This document shows positions 8,418 through 17,821 of a DNA stretch of 64,000 nucleotides, piece after piece. Position 1 is the first letter of the stretch, and every line of letters begins with the position of its first letter. The translations under genes were made by a program, and so were the position numbers. The DNA is from Polyangiaceae bacterium (GTDB lineage Bacteria > Myxococcota_A > Polyangia > Polyangiales > Polyangiaceae), in assembly GCA_044376115.1 (NCBI GenBank), contig JBILLK010000008.1, positions 256,001 to 320,000 on the forward strand, written 5' to 3'. Under the pieces are notes generated by a model. That model was given only the letters and a program-made list of their open reading frames with translations. It searched no databases and had not been told where the DNA came from.

Positions 8418-10352
8418 ATGCCGTCTCGGTTGAGAGCTCCGTTCGGGCTCATGGCGTTCACAGCTGCAATGGGCCACACGTTGGCCCTGGAGGCGGCCGA
8501 GTGCGCTCCTGCGTCAACACTCTCGACCTGCGTGGACGTCGACGAGGTCTGGGTCAAGCCAGGCAATTCGCTGTTTTTGACCGGCGGTGGCGGAGTAACG
8601 ACGCCCGAAGGAAGCGCGGCGTTCGGGCTTTCAACGAGCTACTCGCGCAGGCCCCTGGTGCTGCTGGCGTTTGGCGCCGACGCCGATCCGCGTGAGATCT
8701 ACGTCATTGAAAATCTGCTGACGACAACCTTCGCCTTCGCGCTCGGTGTGACAGATAGGCTGGAGTTGACGGCGGCGTTGCCGGTCACGTTCTATCAGGA
8801 CGGCGCTGGTTACGCGGCCTACCTCGGCTCAGACAAGGAGCTTACGCGCAGCGTGTTGCGTGATCCGCGCTTCGGCTTCGGATACGCCTTCGTTCAGCGA
8901 GACCGCACCGCGGACGCATCGGGGCTCGGGCTTGTCGGGCGCTTTGAACTCGGCATGCCGCTCGGTGATGAGACGCAATTCGCCGGCGTGCGTGGGGCGA
9001 CGTTCAATCCCGCCGTCAGCGCCTCCTATCGCTTGCCGCCGTTTGAAGCGAAGCTCGACGTGGAAGGGCGTATTCGGCCGGAAGAGGCGATGGCCAACGT
9101 GGTCTTCGGCACCCAGCTCGGTGTGACGCTCGGAGCCAACGTGGAGGTCTACCGGCCGCTCGGCCTCTCGTTTAGCGCCGAAGCAACGGCGCTACCGAGC
9201 TTGGTTGGGCAAGGTGAAGAGGCCCCAGCGCTCGTCCCCGGCGAGTGGCTGGCTTCGGCTCGTATGGCGCCCTTTCTCGCGGGCGACATCTACTTCCAGG
9301 CCGGCGCTGGTACCGGCATCCCGTTCACCGATTCGAGCGCCACATCACCGCAACTGCGCGTCATCGGCGCGTTCGGTTATGCACCACGCGGGATCGACAG
9401 TGACGGGGACCGCGTGCTCGATCGGGAAGACCAGTGCGTCGACAAGGCCGAGGACCGTGACGGCTTCCAAGATGCCGACGGCTGTCCCGATCCGGACAAC
9501 GACAAGGACGGCATCCTCGACGGCGCTGACCGCTGCCGTGACGACGCCGAGACCACCGACGGCTTCCAGGATGAAGACGGCTGTCCCGATCTCGACGACG
9601 ATCTCGATGACATCCCCGACGATGTCGACGCCTGCCGCAATGATCGTGAGGATCTCGACGGCTTCGAGGATGAAGACGGTTGCCCCGACCTCGATAACGA
9701 CAAGGACGGCGTCCTCGACGGGAAGGACCTTTGCCCGAAGGACGCCGAAGACAAGGACGCCTTCCAAGATGACGACGGTTGTCCCGAAGGGGACAATGAC
9801 CGTGACGGCATCCCCGACGGTAACGATCGTTGTCCGCGTGAGCCCGAAGATAAGGACTCCTTCCAAGACGAAGACGGCTGTGCCGATCCCGACAACGACC
9901 TCGACGGCGTTCTCGACTCAGCAGACCGCTGCCCGAACGAGGCCGAAACGCTCGACGGCGTGCAAGACGAGGACGGCTGTCCCGAGGCAAACTCCAAGAG
10001 CCTCGCCAAACTAAAGAACAACGCCTTCGAGTTCACTGACGTCCCAGCGTTTGCGCCAGGCCGCTCCGAGCTCACGCCCGCATTGACCAAGCTCGCCAGG
10101 GTGGTAGCTGGCTTGGCCAAGGCGCAGAAGACTCCAACCCGCATCGTGATTGAAGGGTACGGAGATCGCCGCAATGACGCCGCCAGCGAGCGGCTAGGCG
10201 GTGCTCGTGCCTTGGCCTTCAAGCGCGCTCTCGTGAAAGAGGGCATCGCTGAACGAGCCATCACCGCGGTCGCCGGTGACCCAGCCGGGTCGCGCACAGA
10301 AGGCGCCCACCTCGACGTCGCATTTGCCCCAGACGACTCTGAATCGGAGTAG
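8418..10352 (+). CDS. Outer-membrane beta-barrel + thrombospondin type 3 repeats + OmpA-like domain (TraB-like architecture)
   Basis: Signal peptide after ATG 8418, amphipathic beta region, about six 33-aa D-x-D-x-DGIxDxxDxC...EDxDGFQDxDGCP units, C-terminal IVIEGYGD...ARA. Confidence 0.85.
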   Translation: MPSRLRAPFGLMAFTAAMGHTLALEAAECAPASTLSTCVDVDEVWVKPGNSLFLTGGGGVTTPEGSAAFGLSTSYSRRPLVLLAFGADADPREIYVIENLLTTTFAFALGVTDRLELTAALPVTFYQDGAGYAAYLGSDKELTRSVLRDPRFGFGYAFVQRDRTADASGLGLVGRFELGMPLGDETQFAGVRGATFNPAVSASYRLPPFEAKLDVEGRIRPEEAMANVVFGTQLGVTLGANVEVYRPLGLSFSAEATALPSLVGQGEEAPALVPGEWLASARMAPFLAGDIYFQAGAGTGIPFTDSSATSPQLRVIGAFGYAPRGIDSDGDRVLDREDQCVDKAEDRDGFQDADGCPDPDNDKDGILDGADRCRDDAETTDGFQDEDGCPDLDDDLDDIPDDVDACRNDREDLDGFEDEDGCPDLDNDKDGVLDGKDLCPKDAEDKDAFQDDDGCPEGDNDRDGIPDGNDRCPREPEDKDSFQDEDGCADPDNDLDGVLDSADRCPNEAETLDGVQDEDGCPEANSKSLAKLKNNAFEFTDVPAFAPGRSELTPALTKLARVVAGLAKAQKTPTRIVIEGYGDRRNDAASERLGGARALAFKRALVKEGIAERAITAVAGDPAGSRTEGAHLDVAFAPDDSESE

Positions 10353-10361
10353 ACCGCACCA

Positions 10362-11165
10362 ATGCAGCAGCCCGAACCCGCGACCTCCTTCACCACCCAC
10401 CTCAACCACGGAGAAGACGTCGCGATGTTCGTCGCCGACTGCCTTGCGCAGGAGCCCGAGTCCGCGTGGGTCGAGGCGTTTGGCGTCGTCGAAGCGCCGG
10501 TTGTTCAGCAGCTCGTGGGCGGCATTCGTCAAGAGCGTTCGCTGCAAGGCGCATGGGACTTGGTCCACCTTCGCGCCTGCCTCGCAGTCTCGCAGTGGGG
10601 CACCGTGCTGCTCGCACGCGGCGGCTCGTCGAACTCCGAGACTGTCGCTGGCCTGCTGCTCAAAGCCACGGCGAAAGACGTTTCATGTCGCGTGCTTTCA
10701 GCCGCCAGCGTCGCTGCCACCCCTCGCCTTTCTCCCGTCTCTCCCCCAATTGAAGTAACCGCCTCAGCCCCAATACAAATGTCCAACTCCTCTCCGATCA
10801 TTACCCCGCCACCCGTTCGTCAGCCTGAGCCCGAAGCCGAGGTTCGCGAAGAAGTGCGCGCGCTCCGCGAACCGGAGGACGACGCCAACAAGGCAAAGGC
10901 CAGCTATCCCGGAGGAGCGGTCGTGCCGCCCAAGCGTGGCAAGAAAGACGGCTGGTTGGATGAGACCTATCCCGAGGAGGGCGACCGGGTGAACCACTTT
11001 ACCTTCGGCCCCTGCACCGTCGTGGGCAGTGATGGAGAGCGCATTCGGCTCCAACAAGATCGAGACAGTCGCGTGCGCGAAGTAGCGCTGGGAATGCTGA
11101 AGATCAGCGAACCCACGATGGACGCCGAAGGCGTGCGGCACTGGGACCTAGCCCGAAAGAACTAA
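10362..11165 (+). CDS. Two-domain hypothetical protein (PPC/DUF296-like N-terminus, Pro linker, Tudor-like C-terminus)
   Basis: C-terminal EGDRVNHFTFGPCTV resembles GxRVxHxxFGxGxV of the PcrA/UvrD C-terminal domain; N-terminal assignment is weak. Confidence 0.65.
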   Translation: MQQPEPATSFTTHLNHGEDVAMFVADCLAQEPESAWVEAFGVVEAPVVQQLVGGIRQERSLQGAWDLVHLRACLAVSQWGTVLLARGGSSNSETVAGLLLKATAKDVSCRVLSAASVAATPRLSPVSPPIEVTASAPIQMSNSSPIITPPPVRQPEPEAEVREEVRALREPEDDANKAKASYPGGAVVPPKRGKKDGWLDETYPEEGDRVNHFTFGPCTVVGSDGERIRLQQDRDSRVREVALGMLKISEPTMDAEGVRHWDLARKN

Positions 11166-11172
11166 GCGCACG

Positions 11173-11202
11173 GTTGGGAGGAATCAGCCGGTTCCTCCCA
11201 AC
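11173..11202. terminator. Hairpin between convergent genes, likely bidirectional terminator
   Basis: Perfect 11-bp stem GTTGGGAGGAA / TTCCTCCCAAC with 8-nt loop; no clear U-tract. Confidence 0.55.
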
Positions 11203-11230
11203 GGCTTCGCCCAGGGCGGCGGGCACGCTG

Positions 11231-11848
11231 TTACAGCGCGCTCTTCGACACTTCGACGTAGTCGCCCGACTGTAGCTGAACCTCGGGAATGAGGCCGTCG
11301 CGGATGTCGTCGTAGCTGACCGTGGCAATCTTGACGCCGCTCTTCGTCTTGCGACGGATGGTGACGCGATCCTCATCGGCTAGGTCGGTGAACCCGCCCG
11401 CCATCGAAATTAACTTGGAAAGGCCCATCCCCGGCTCCATCGGGTAGCTGTCGGGCTTCTTGACCTGGCCGATGATGTTGACCCGCTTGGATAGGTACGC
11501 CTTCACGAACACGCTGACCTTCGGGTCGGTGTAGAACTCCCCGGCGATGAGGCGCTCCCGAACGGTCGCTTCAACCTCGTTCGGCTCCAAACCAGCGATC
11601 ACGGTGGCACCGACGAACGGCAGATTCACGGTGCCGTCTGGCGCGACCTTGTAGGAGCTCGGCAATTCGTTCGACCCCGCTAGCCTCGCGCCGACGATCC
11701 GAATCTCAAGCTCATCCCCGACCCCAAGCGTGGTCCCGTCAACAGGCGCCGGCAAATCCGGCGGCCGTACGGGGCCGGAGGCGCACGCCGATAAGAACAG
11801 CAACCACGCGAGCAGCACGGACTGGATGAACCAGCCCCGCCAGCTCAG
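11231..11848 (-). CDS. Short OPX (Wza-family) polysaccharide export lipoprotein lacking the C-terminal OM helix
   Basis: Lipobox LSAC, LGVGDEL, PES motif PDGTVNLPFVG, one SLBB domain (IIGQVKKP...AGGFT), ends LQSGDYVEVSKSAL. Start uncertain (CTG 11848 or GTG 11818). Confidence 0.88.
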   Translation of the reverse strand: MSWRGWFIQSVLLAWLLFLSACASGPVRPPDLPAPVDGTTLGVGDELEIRIVGARLAGSNELPSSYKVAPDGTVNLPFVGATVIAGLEPNEVEATVRERLIAGEFYTDPKVSVFVKAYLSKRVNIIGQVKKPDSYPMEPGMGLSKLISMAGGFTDLADEDRVTIRRKTKSGVKIATVSYDDIRDGLIPEVQLQSGDYVEVSKSAL

Positions 11849-11849
11849 A

Positions 11850-13172
11850 TCACCAGAAGGCTCGCACGCCCAGGTATGCTTGGAACTGCTGCCATTGAAG
11901 CGCTTCATTCGTATCTCCGACTGTGACCGTTTGATCGGTAATGTTCGTGTCGTACCGAACGGTGGCATTCACGCCGAGCCAGTCGAGGAAGCGGTATTCA
12001 CCGAAGATCGAAGGATCGATCCGAATCATCGTTGCAGACTCAAGCCCAAGCGAGTCGATCTGCGGGCGAATCACAGCCGCTACGCCGCCATCCACCACAA
12101 GGAGGAAGCGCCCGGCGAACATGTAGGAGAACTTCAGGTACCCGCGATTGGTCTCCTCGTACGTCCCGATGTACGAATCCGAGAAGTCCCGAGTAAAGCC
12201 TGCGGCAAGAGACGAAAGGGATAACGAAGCCGCTGCAGGGTCCGTGGACGGAGCCGGGGTAATCAACCACTTCACCTCAGCCTGGCCAATGAAGCTATCG
12301 AAGTCGGGCTGCGGCGTTGGCGTGTAGAAGCTTGCTCCCCACCCACCGAACACCATGAGAGCGAACGAGTTGGTGATGAGCCCGTTGAACCCGAGTCGTG
12401 CACGCAGGGGATGCGAATCGGTCTTGTCGGTCGGGGCCGTAAAGGTGGTGAAGCCAAACCGCCCGTCGAAGGTGAGCGCCGAACGCGGTAGGAACCGCCA
12501 ACGTCCACGCGTCGTGATCTCGTTGGTGAGGCTGTTGAGTTGATTGGCGGTGTCCGACTCGAAAAAAGTACCAGTGAAGTTGTAGCCAACACGCCAGTCA
12601 AACAGGCCGCCACCAGGCGCAAAGCCGATTTCAGCCCCGCCGTCAGGGATCAAGCGATTGAAACTGGCGGCCTGCACGCCTGCGTTGCTCGGCTCGATCT
12701 TGCGAGAGAGACCACCGTGCAGATTGCCGAAAACAGGACGCCCCTGCGCGAAATCAAGGTTGAAGTCGACCCGACCGCCGACGTTCCGATTGTCCGAGAG
12801 CTGCGACTTCTCAGCGTCGCTTCCACTTACCGGAATGAACTCGTCGTAGGTTGCGTAGATGCCCGCGCGAAAGGCAACGATAGGTGGCGGGCTGTCTGGG
12901 CGCCGTTGGCTGCCCATCGTCGAGATCGAGAAGGAGGGCGTTAGGCGAAAGCGCATCGCCCCAAGCGGGGTCTCCTCGTCCGCACGACGGAAGAAGTTCG
13001 TGTCGTAGCCAAGCTCAGCGGCGACGCCCGGGTGCAGCTCGAAGTCCCCCACTTCGATCCCGCGGCCCTCGGTATACCGACGATCTCCTAGCCAGGCGGG
13101 CGATTGCGCCTCTGCAACGCCTGACACACCCAACACGAGGAGGCTTGACGATAAGAGAAGTGCTCGGTTCAT
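11850..13172 (-). CDS. Outer-membrane beta-barrel, EpsX/Wzp-like partner of short OPX
   Basis: Signal peptide, ELHPGVAAELGYDTNFF, alternating beta pattern, C-terminal YLGVRAFW beta-signal; directly upstream of OPX. Confidence 0.8.
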   Translation of the reverse strand: MNRALLLSSSLLVLGVSGVAEAQSPAWLGDRRYTEGRGIEVGDFELHPGVAAELGYDTNFFRRADEETPLGAMRFRLTPSFSISTMGSQRRPDSPPPIVAFRAGIYATYDEFIPVSGSDAEKSQLSDNRNVGGRVDFNLDFAQGRPVFGNLHGGLSRKIEPSNAGVQAASFNRLIPDGGAEIGFAPGGGLFDWRVGYNFTGTFFESDTANQLNSLTNEITTRGRWRFLPRSALTFDGRFGFTTFTAPTDKTDSHPLRARLGFNGLITNSFALMVFGGWGASFYTPTPQPDFDSFIGQAEVKWLITPAPSTDPAAASLSLSSLAAGFTRDFSDSYIGTYEETNRGYLKFSYMFAGRFLLVVDGGVAAVIRPQIDSLGLESATMIRIDPSIFGEYRFLDWLGVNATVRYDTNITDQTVTVGDTNEALQWQQFQAYLGVRAFW

Positions 13173-13357
13173 CCAGGAGGCTCGCTAAGTTCTACAGCAC
13201 TCATCAGGAGTGAGGCGGGGTGGGACTCTAACAGGCTCGGTGCAAAAGGCGAAGCATGATTGGAGCGCCCCACACTGGGGTCGACACCGCACGCCAGGCA
13301 CCGATTCGCAACACCCCCCAGCGTTGCGACCCGTTGTAAGCCGTGGGCTCAGCTTAA

Positions 13358-13939
13358 CTAGTTACCCACGCAGCTCGCGCAGCCCGGAGGCTCGATAATG
13401 TTCCCAAACACAGGATAGTAGGACGGATCCTCGAGTGGGAGGTTCGGGTCAACCGTTGAGGTTACGGCCGACTCACCAACGACGCCGACCTCCTGGCCAA
13501 CACACTGATTGGCCTCGGTGGTCAGCTGGTCCGAACGCTGCTGCAACACCGTGAGGATAGTAAACTCGTGCGTCGAGAGGTCTGCGTCGGAGCGTTGAAC
13601 TGCCGCCTCAAGGCTCTGGTTTCGCTCACGCGCGGAGCGGATAGCGACGTCGAGCTGGTTCAGCTTGTCATTGAGGCAGAGCGTTTTTACGACATCCCGA
13701 GCGGCGCGAGCCTCCTCAAGCTGACGCCGAACCGCCCCACGCGTCTGATCCATTCGCGCGAGGAAGACCCCAGCCTCACGGAGTTGCTCCGCCGGGCTCA
13801 ACGTAACTTGCCGCGCAACTCCAGCCGAAGCGTCAACAGGCGGCGCGCCAGTGGGCGCCTGCGCCACGGCTACACCTTGCCCGATAGCGAGGATGAAGAG
13901 AGTGGCTGCGGCGAGGCGAAGCGTCCGAACTCGATCCAT
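13358..13939 (-). CDS. Secreted helical protein with four Cys
   Basis: Signal peptide (AVA-Q), coiled-coil-like body, LCLNDK, NQCVG, C-terminal CASC. Confidence 0.8.
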   Translation of the reverse strand: MDRVRTLRLAAATLFILAIGQGVAVAQAPTGAPPVDASAGVARQVTLSPAEQLREAGVFLARMDQTRGAVRRQLEEARAARDVVKTLCLNDKLNQLDVAIRSARERNQSLEAAVQRSDADLSTHEFTILTVLQQRSDQLTTEANQCVGQEVGVVGESAVTSTVDPNLPLEDPSYYPVFGNIIEPPGCASCVGN

Positions 13940-14079
13940 GAGATACCCTCCGAGGGGACTAGCAGGTTAACGCTCAGAACCCCGTGGTGTCAACGGAAGC
14001 CGGGCGGCCTCTTTGGAAGACCGCCCGGTACATGTGATGCCAACGTCACAGCCAACATTCAGCCCTTAGGCATATTGTG

Positions 14080-15528
14080 TCACTGTGGCTGGAAAGAGAC
14101 CGGAATAACGATGGTTGCGCCGCCACCATCCGGGGGAGCGAACTGTGCGCTCGATACACGAGCAGCAACACAACTCGTCACCGTTCCCGAGAGGCCACCA
14201 CCACCCGATGGAGACGCCCCAAGCACTTCCCCGTTGGGCCCAATCTTGGCGGTGATGCGAACGCTACCCTTCATGTTCGGGTCTTCTGCGAGACCACGGT
14301 TGTAGCAGCGGCGGAAGCCAGCAGCCATGCCGGCGACGACCGACGAGGCGTTGGCAACGGAGCCGCCGGAGACGGCAGCTCCACCAATCGAAGCGTTACC
14401 AACCGGCCCCTTCGTCGCCTTGGCGGAACCAGCCGCCGGCGCGGAATCACCAGAGCCCTTGTTGCCCAAGCCCGCCAACCCATTTCCACCGCCACCACCG
14501 GGAGTGAAAGAGCCGGACTGACCGCCGCCAAGGTTGAGACCGCTCATGTTGCCGCGACCAGCCGAAGAACCGTCGGCAGCAGCCTTGTTGAGCTGGTCGA
14601 ACGGAACTTCACCCTGGGTGAGCACGCGGTCGGTTGAAGCACCTTGCGAGTTGAGCGTTGCCAACATCGCCACGTCCATCGAGGCCAGCTCGTTACTGAT
14701 TTGCTGGGCGCGAGCCTCGCTGATGCTACCGGGTTTGCCCGCATTGCCCGGACCCGCTGCACCCTTCGGGGTGGCCGCGGCAGCCTTCGGCGCGGCCTCA
14801 GCCGTCGCAGCGGCTGTCGCAGTCGTCGCTTCGGTAACGTTCTCCTCTTTTTGCTCTTGAACGGGAGGCGGGGGCAGCCTCTTCACGTTGTCGATGATCT
14901 GCGAAATGTCCAGGTCGTTGGTAACGACCGGATCCATCCAGTCGGAGTAGACGCCACCGAAGCCGAGGAAGTGCAGGAGGAAGCTGAACGCTGCGATGAC
15001 GGTGATGCTCCAATCCACCTCAACGCCAGAGCGAACAGAGACCGGAAGCTGCGGCCGAGGCTGAACCGGAGGCGGCGTTACGAACTGAAACAAGAACGTC
15101 GTTTCACCGATTACAACTTTGCCGCGCGCATCCTCGTTCAGAGGGATTTGGTAGGCCTGAACGGGCCCTTGGGCGACTTTTCGAGCCTGGCTCTTGAGCG
15201 CATTGTGGTCACTGATTCCGGTCTTGAGCGCCACTCGAATCGTCATCGAGTCGATGAAGTTCAAGCAGTAGTCTTGACCCACCAGTTCGAACAGCTTGAA
15301 GGTCGGCGGCAACGTCTTGGTGGGCAACACGAAGGTTGCCTTCTCGCTTGGCCCGACGGTGACATGAGTGCGCTGCTTGATGACGCGCTCCTCAATCACC
15401 TTCCCGCCCTGAACGAGCCCAATGCGCAAGACCTTGGGGCCGGCCGCAGCCGAAACGGCACGCATCGTTGCGGTCATCTGACCGGGACGCTGCGGAGAAT
15501 GTTGGGGAGCTGGATTGGACTGCGTCAT
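14080..15528 (-). CDS. gltG: GltG/PglI-like inner-membrane protein with TonB-C-like C-terminus
   Basis: Cytoplasmic FHA-like region, TM with SFLLH (TonB SHLS-like), Ala/Gly linker, C-terminal FRRCYNRGLAEDPNMKGSV...SCV...FAPP; downstream of gltF-like. Orthologue vs paralogue unresolved. Confidence 0.75.
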   Translation of the reverse strand: MTQSNPAPQHSPQRPGQMTATMRAVSAAAGPKVLRIGLVQGGKVIEERVIKQRTHVTVGPSEKATFVLPTKTLPPTFKLFELVGQDYCLNFIDSMTIRVALKTGISDHNALKSQARKVAQGPVQAYQIPLNEDARGKVVIGETTFLFQFVTPPPVQPRPQLPVSVRSGVEVDWSITVIAAFSFLLHFLGFGGVYSDWMDPVVTNDLDISQIIDNVKRLPPPPVQEQKEENVTEATTATAAATAEAAPKAAAATPKGAAGPGNAGKPGSISEARAQQISNELASMDVAMLATLNSQGASTDRVLTQGEVPFDQLNKAAADGSSAGRGNMSGLNLGGGQSGSFTPGGGGGNGLAGLGNKGSGDSAPAAGSAKATKGPVGNASIGGAAVSGGSVANASSVVAGMAAGFRRCYNRGLAEDPNMKGSVRITAKIGPNGEVLGASPSGGGGLSGTVTSCVAARVSSAQFAPPDGGGATIVIPVSFQPQ

Positions 15529-15676
15529 AGGGAGGGCCTCCGATACCGAACAAACGCGCGCGAGTTCGCCTATGGACGACGGCGGTTTAGAAAAGTTCCT
15601 GAAGAGTACATAGACAATCGATTTCGGTCCAGCGACGGTATCAAAGTCCGTGGCCTTCAGACGTTCAGGGTAGGTA

Positions 15677-16186
15677 CTACTCAACGTCCAAAAGGTGCAC
15701 CAGTTGGTCGACCGTCCGGCGCTGTTGGCGTTCTTTCGCCGAAGCAGCTTGAACGGTGACGGAGACAACAACCGCGCTTCCGAGCCCCACCGCCGCGGAG
15801 ACAACCGCTTCGATCAGCGTAGAAAGGGCAACGCTGGCGACGGTAAAGAAGGCAGCCAGAAGCCCCTGGATTCGCGGAAGCGCCGAAGCGATGTCCGAAA
15901 TGGTCAACTTTGCGGACGCCTCATCGACGCAGGTGCTCAGCGCCTCCCTTCGCTCGATCGGGTCGGTCACGGATGCGGCCTGAACCAGCGTGTGCTCCCA
16001 CGTTCCGGTGCGAGCCAGCCGACGCGCTTGGGACAGTCGGTCCGCTGGCGCCGTTCGACTGAGTTGCGCCGCTAGGCGGACGGCGTCCGGGCTCAAGGCT
16101 TGGCGAACCGAGCGGGCTCCCCGTCTGGCGTACCACCAAACTAGACCCGCCGAGAAAACGGAAACCCCGGCCAGTACGCCAGTCAA
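15677..16186 (-). CDS. Three-TM membrane protein, degenerate MotA/TolQ/ExbB-like
   Basis: TTG start overlaps gltF-like stop (TTGA); N-terminal TM, cytoplasmic helices, then IASALPRIQGLLAAFFTV and IEAVVSAAVGLGSAV. Confidence 0.55.
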   Translation of the reverse strand: MTGVLAGVSVFSAGLVWWYARRGARSVRQALSPDAVRLAAQLSRTAPADRLSQARRLARTGTWEHTLVQAASVTDPIERREALSTCVDEASAKLTISDIASALPRIQGLLAAFFTVASVALSTLIEAVVSAAVGLGSAVVVSVTVQAASAKERQQRRTVDQLVHLLDVE

Positions 16187-16443
16187 AACGGGTCGCGGTA
16201 AATGGCCTTCTCGATGCGTTCCAAGAAGGGCTGGCGCAGCTCGGCGAGGGTAAGTTTTGGCTGGATCCGGGAGACATCAAGAGCCGCGATGGGCTTCTGA
16301 ATTCGGCCCGTTATTGTGACTTCAGCCAGCGTGATGACCCCGCGACCCTCTTTGGGCTGCGCCGAGGCGACAGCAGGGAAAACTAGGGCTAAGGCCGCGA
16401 TAGCAAACGAGACACGACGGGTGGTTAGCTTCATGGCCCTCAC
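16183..16443 (-). CDS. gltF: GltF/CglF-like small periplasmic protein
   Basis: ~85 aa, signal peptide, ITGRIQKP...RQPFLERI...DPF; position between GltE-like and GltG-like genes. Confidence 0.7.
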   Translation of the reverse strand: MRAMKLTTRRVSFAIAALALVFPAVASAQPKEGRGVITLAEVTITGRIQKPIAALDVSRIQPKLTLAELRQPFLERIEKAIYRDPF

Positions 16444-17810
16444 TCCTTGGGTTCGGTGGCTGGTTGTTTCTCTTCCGCTGGCTTGGCTTCAGCCGGAGCT
16501 GGAGAGGCCGGTGGTGGCGTGGGTTGTGCGGCAGCGGCCGCCGCTTCGAGCTCACCCCGTTTGAGCTTTACTCGGTTGAGCAACTCATCGGAATCATCGC
16601 TGGTTCCTGAAGGCCGAAGCTCCTGGTACTTGGTGAACGAGGCTTTAGCAGCGTCGATCTGTTGCATCGGCGTGAAGCCCGGAACGGACGCCGAGAATAG
16701 GTACAAAAGCCCAAGGTTGTAATGCACCTGGGGCAGTGATGCGTCGCGCTTGACCACGTAGTCAAAGCGCGTCTTCGCCTCGGCCGGTTTTCCCTCGAGG
16801 CGGTAACAATCCCCGAGCAATAGTTGCGCGAGCACGTTCTCGTTGTCGAAGCGCAAGGCACCCTCGATCACGGGGCGAGCCTTGGCCGAGTCACCCGCTT
16901 GGAGATAGTAGGTGGCAAGTTGAACGCGAGCCTCAACCAGATCCGGCCGAACGCGGAGCGCGTTCTCCATCTCGCTGATCGACTTCGCACGAAGGCCCTG
17001 CTCCTTGAAGATCAACCCGCGGATCAACAACGCTTCAGCGTTGTCCTTGTCTCGTGGGGGGTTGTCTGAGTCGAAGCCGTCCAATATGCCTTGCAGCGCG
17101 TAGAGCGCCAGATCGAGCTTGCGAGCCCGGTAGTAGTCACGTGCGATCACCACCATCGCCGGTTTGAAGTCGGGGTTGATCTTGAGCGCCTCAGAGGCGA
17201 GCGATTGTGCTGAGCCTGTGTCCTTGGCCAAGGACTTCGTCTCCGCTAGCGCGGTCAGAACGGCGGCCGACTTGGGCAGCTCATTCTTCTTCTGCGTGAG
17301 GAAGGAATCCGCTTCACTCAATTGGCCTTTCCGCGCCTTGAGCATGGCGTAGGCGACGATGGCGGGCTCGTAGTCCTTCTGAAGCGTAAACGCCTGCTTG
17401 TAGCTGGCGGAGGCCGATTCATCCTTGAGCCGCTCCTGCACGACGCCCAACGAGTAGAACGCCTGGTAGGCGCTCGAGTCGGCTTGCGTAGCTTGAATGA
17501 ACTGCGACTTTGCGGTCGCGAGATCTCCGGCGACAAAGGCCTGCATCCCTTGCTGGTAAAGCCCCAGCGCCGTATCGCTCATCTTCGGGCGGTTTTCCCC
17601 GATGCCCGCGCCAGAGCCGGCATCAGGAACGCTCCACTGCTGACCCGGTTGGGGCGTTCCCGAGAGGTCGCCAGAGCCAACCACTCCGCCCCCAGCGACG
17701 GGAACTTGAACCACCTCCTCGGTGCCAGAGCAGCCGACGGCAAGCACGAAGGCGCTCGCCCCGAAGAAGACGCCAACCCGACGAGAACCCGACATAAAGA
17801 TTGAGCCCAT
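16440..17810 (-). CDS. gltE: GltE/AglT-like TPR lipoprotein
   Basis: Lipobox LAVGC, multiple TPRs, VHYNLGLLYL near C-terminus; gene order. Confidence 0.7.
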   Translation of the reverse strand: MGSIFMSGSRRVGVFFGASAFVLAVGCSGTEEVVQVPVAGGGVVGSGDLSGTPQPGQQWSVPDAGSGAGIGENRPKMSDTALGLYQQGMQAFVAGDLATAKSQFIQATQADSSAYQAFYSLGVVQERLKDESASASYKQAFTLQKDYEPAIVAYAMLKARKGQLSEADSFLTQKKNELPKSAAVLTALAETKSLAKDTGSAQSLASEALKINPDFKPAMVVIARDYYRARKLDLALYALQGILDGFDSDNPPRDKDNAEALLIRGLIFKEQGLRAKSISEMENALRVRPDLVEARVQLATYYLQAGDSAKARPVIEGALRFDNENVLAQLLLGDCYRLEGKPAEAKTRFDYVVKRDASLPQVHYNLGLLYLFSASVPGFTPMQQIDAAKASFTKYQELRPSGTSDDSDELLNRVKLKRGELEAAAAAAQPTPPPASPAPAEAKPAEEKQPATEPKE

Positions 17811-17821
17811 TTCAAGTCCTC

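Noticed and set aside
9377..10405. Long antisense and alternate-frame ORFs here and throughout the window
   Set aside because: Expected shadow ORFs in high-GC coding DNA; no motifs of their own.
11818..11968. OPX gene as a pseudogene because it lacks a nearby ATG
   Set aside because: Frame is intact with lipobox and PES motif; CTG or GTG starts are available.
15529..15804. N-terminal extension of the gltG-like ORF
   Set aside because: Overlaps the upstream gene and an AT-richer intergenic stretch; ATG 15528 is more plausible.
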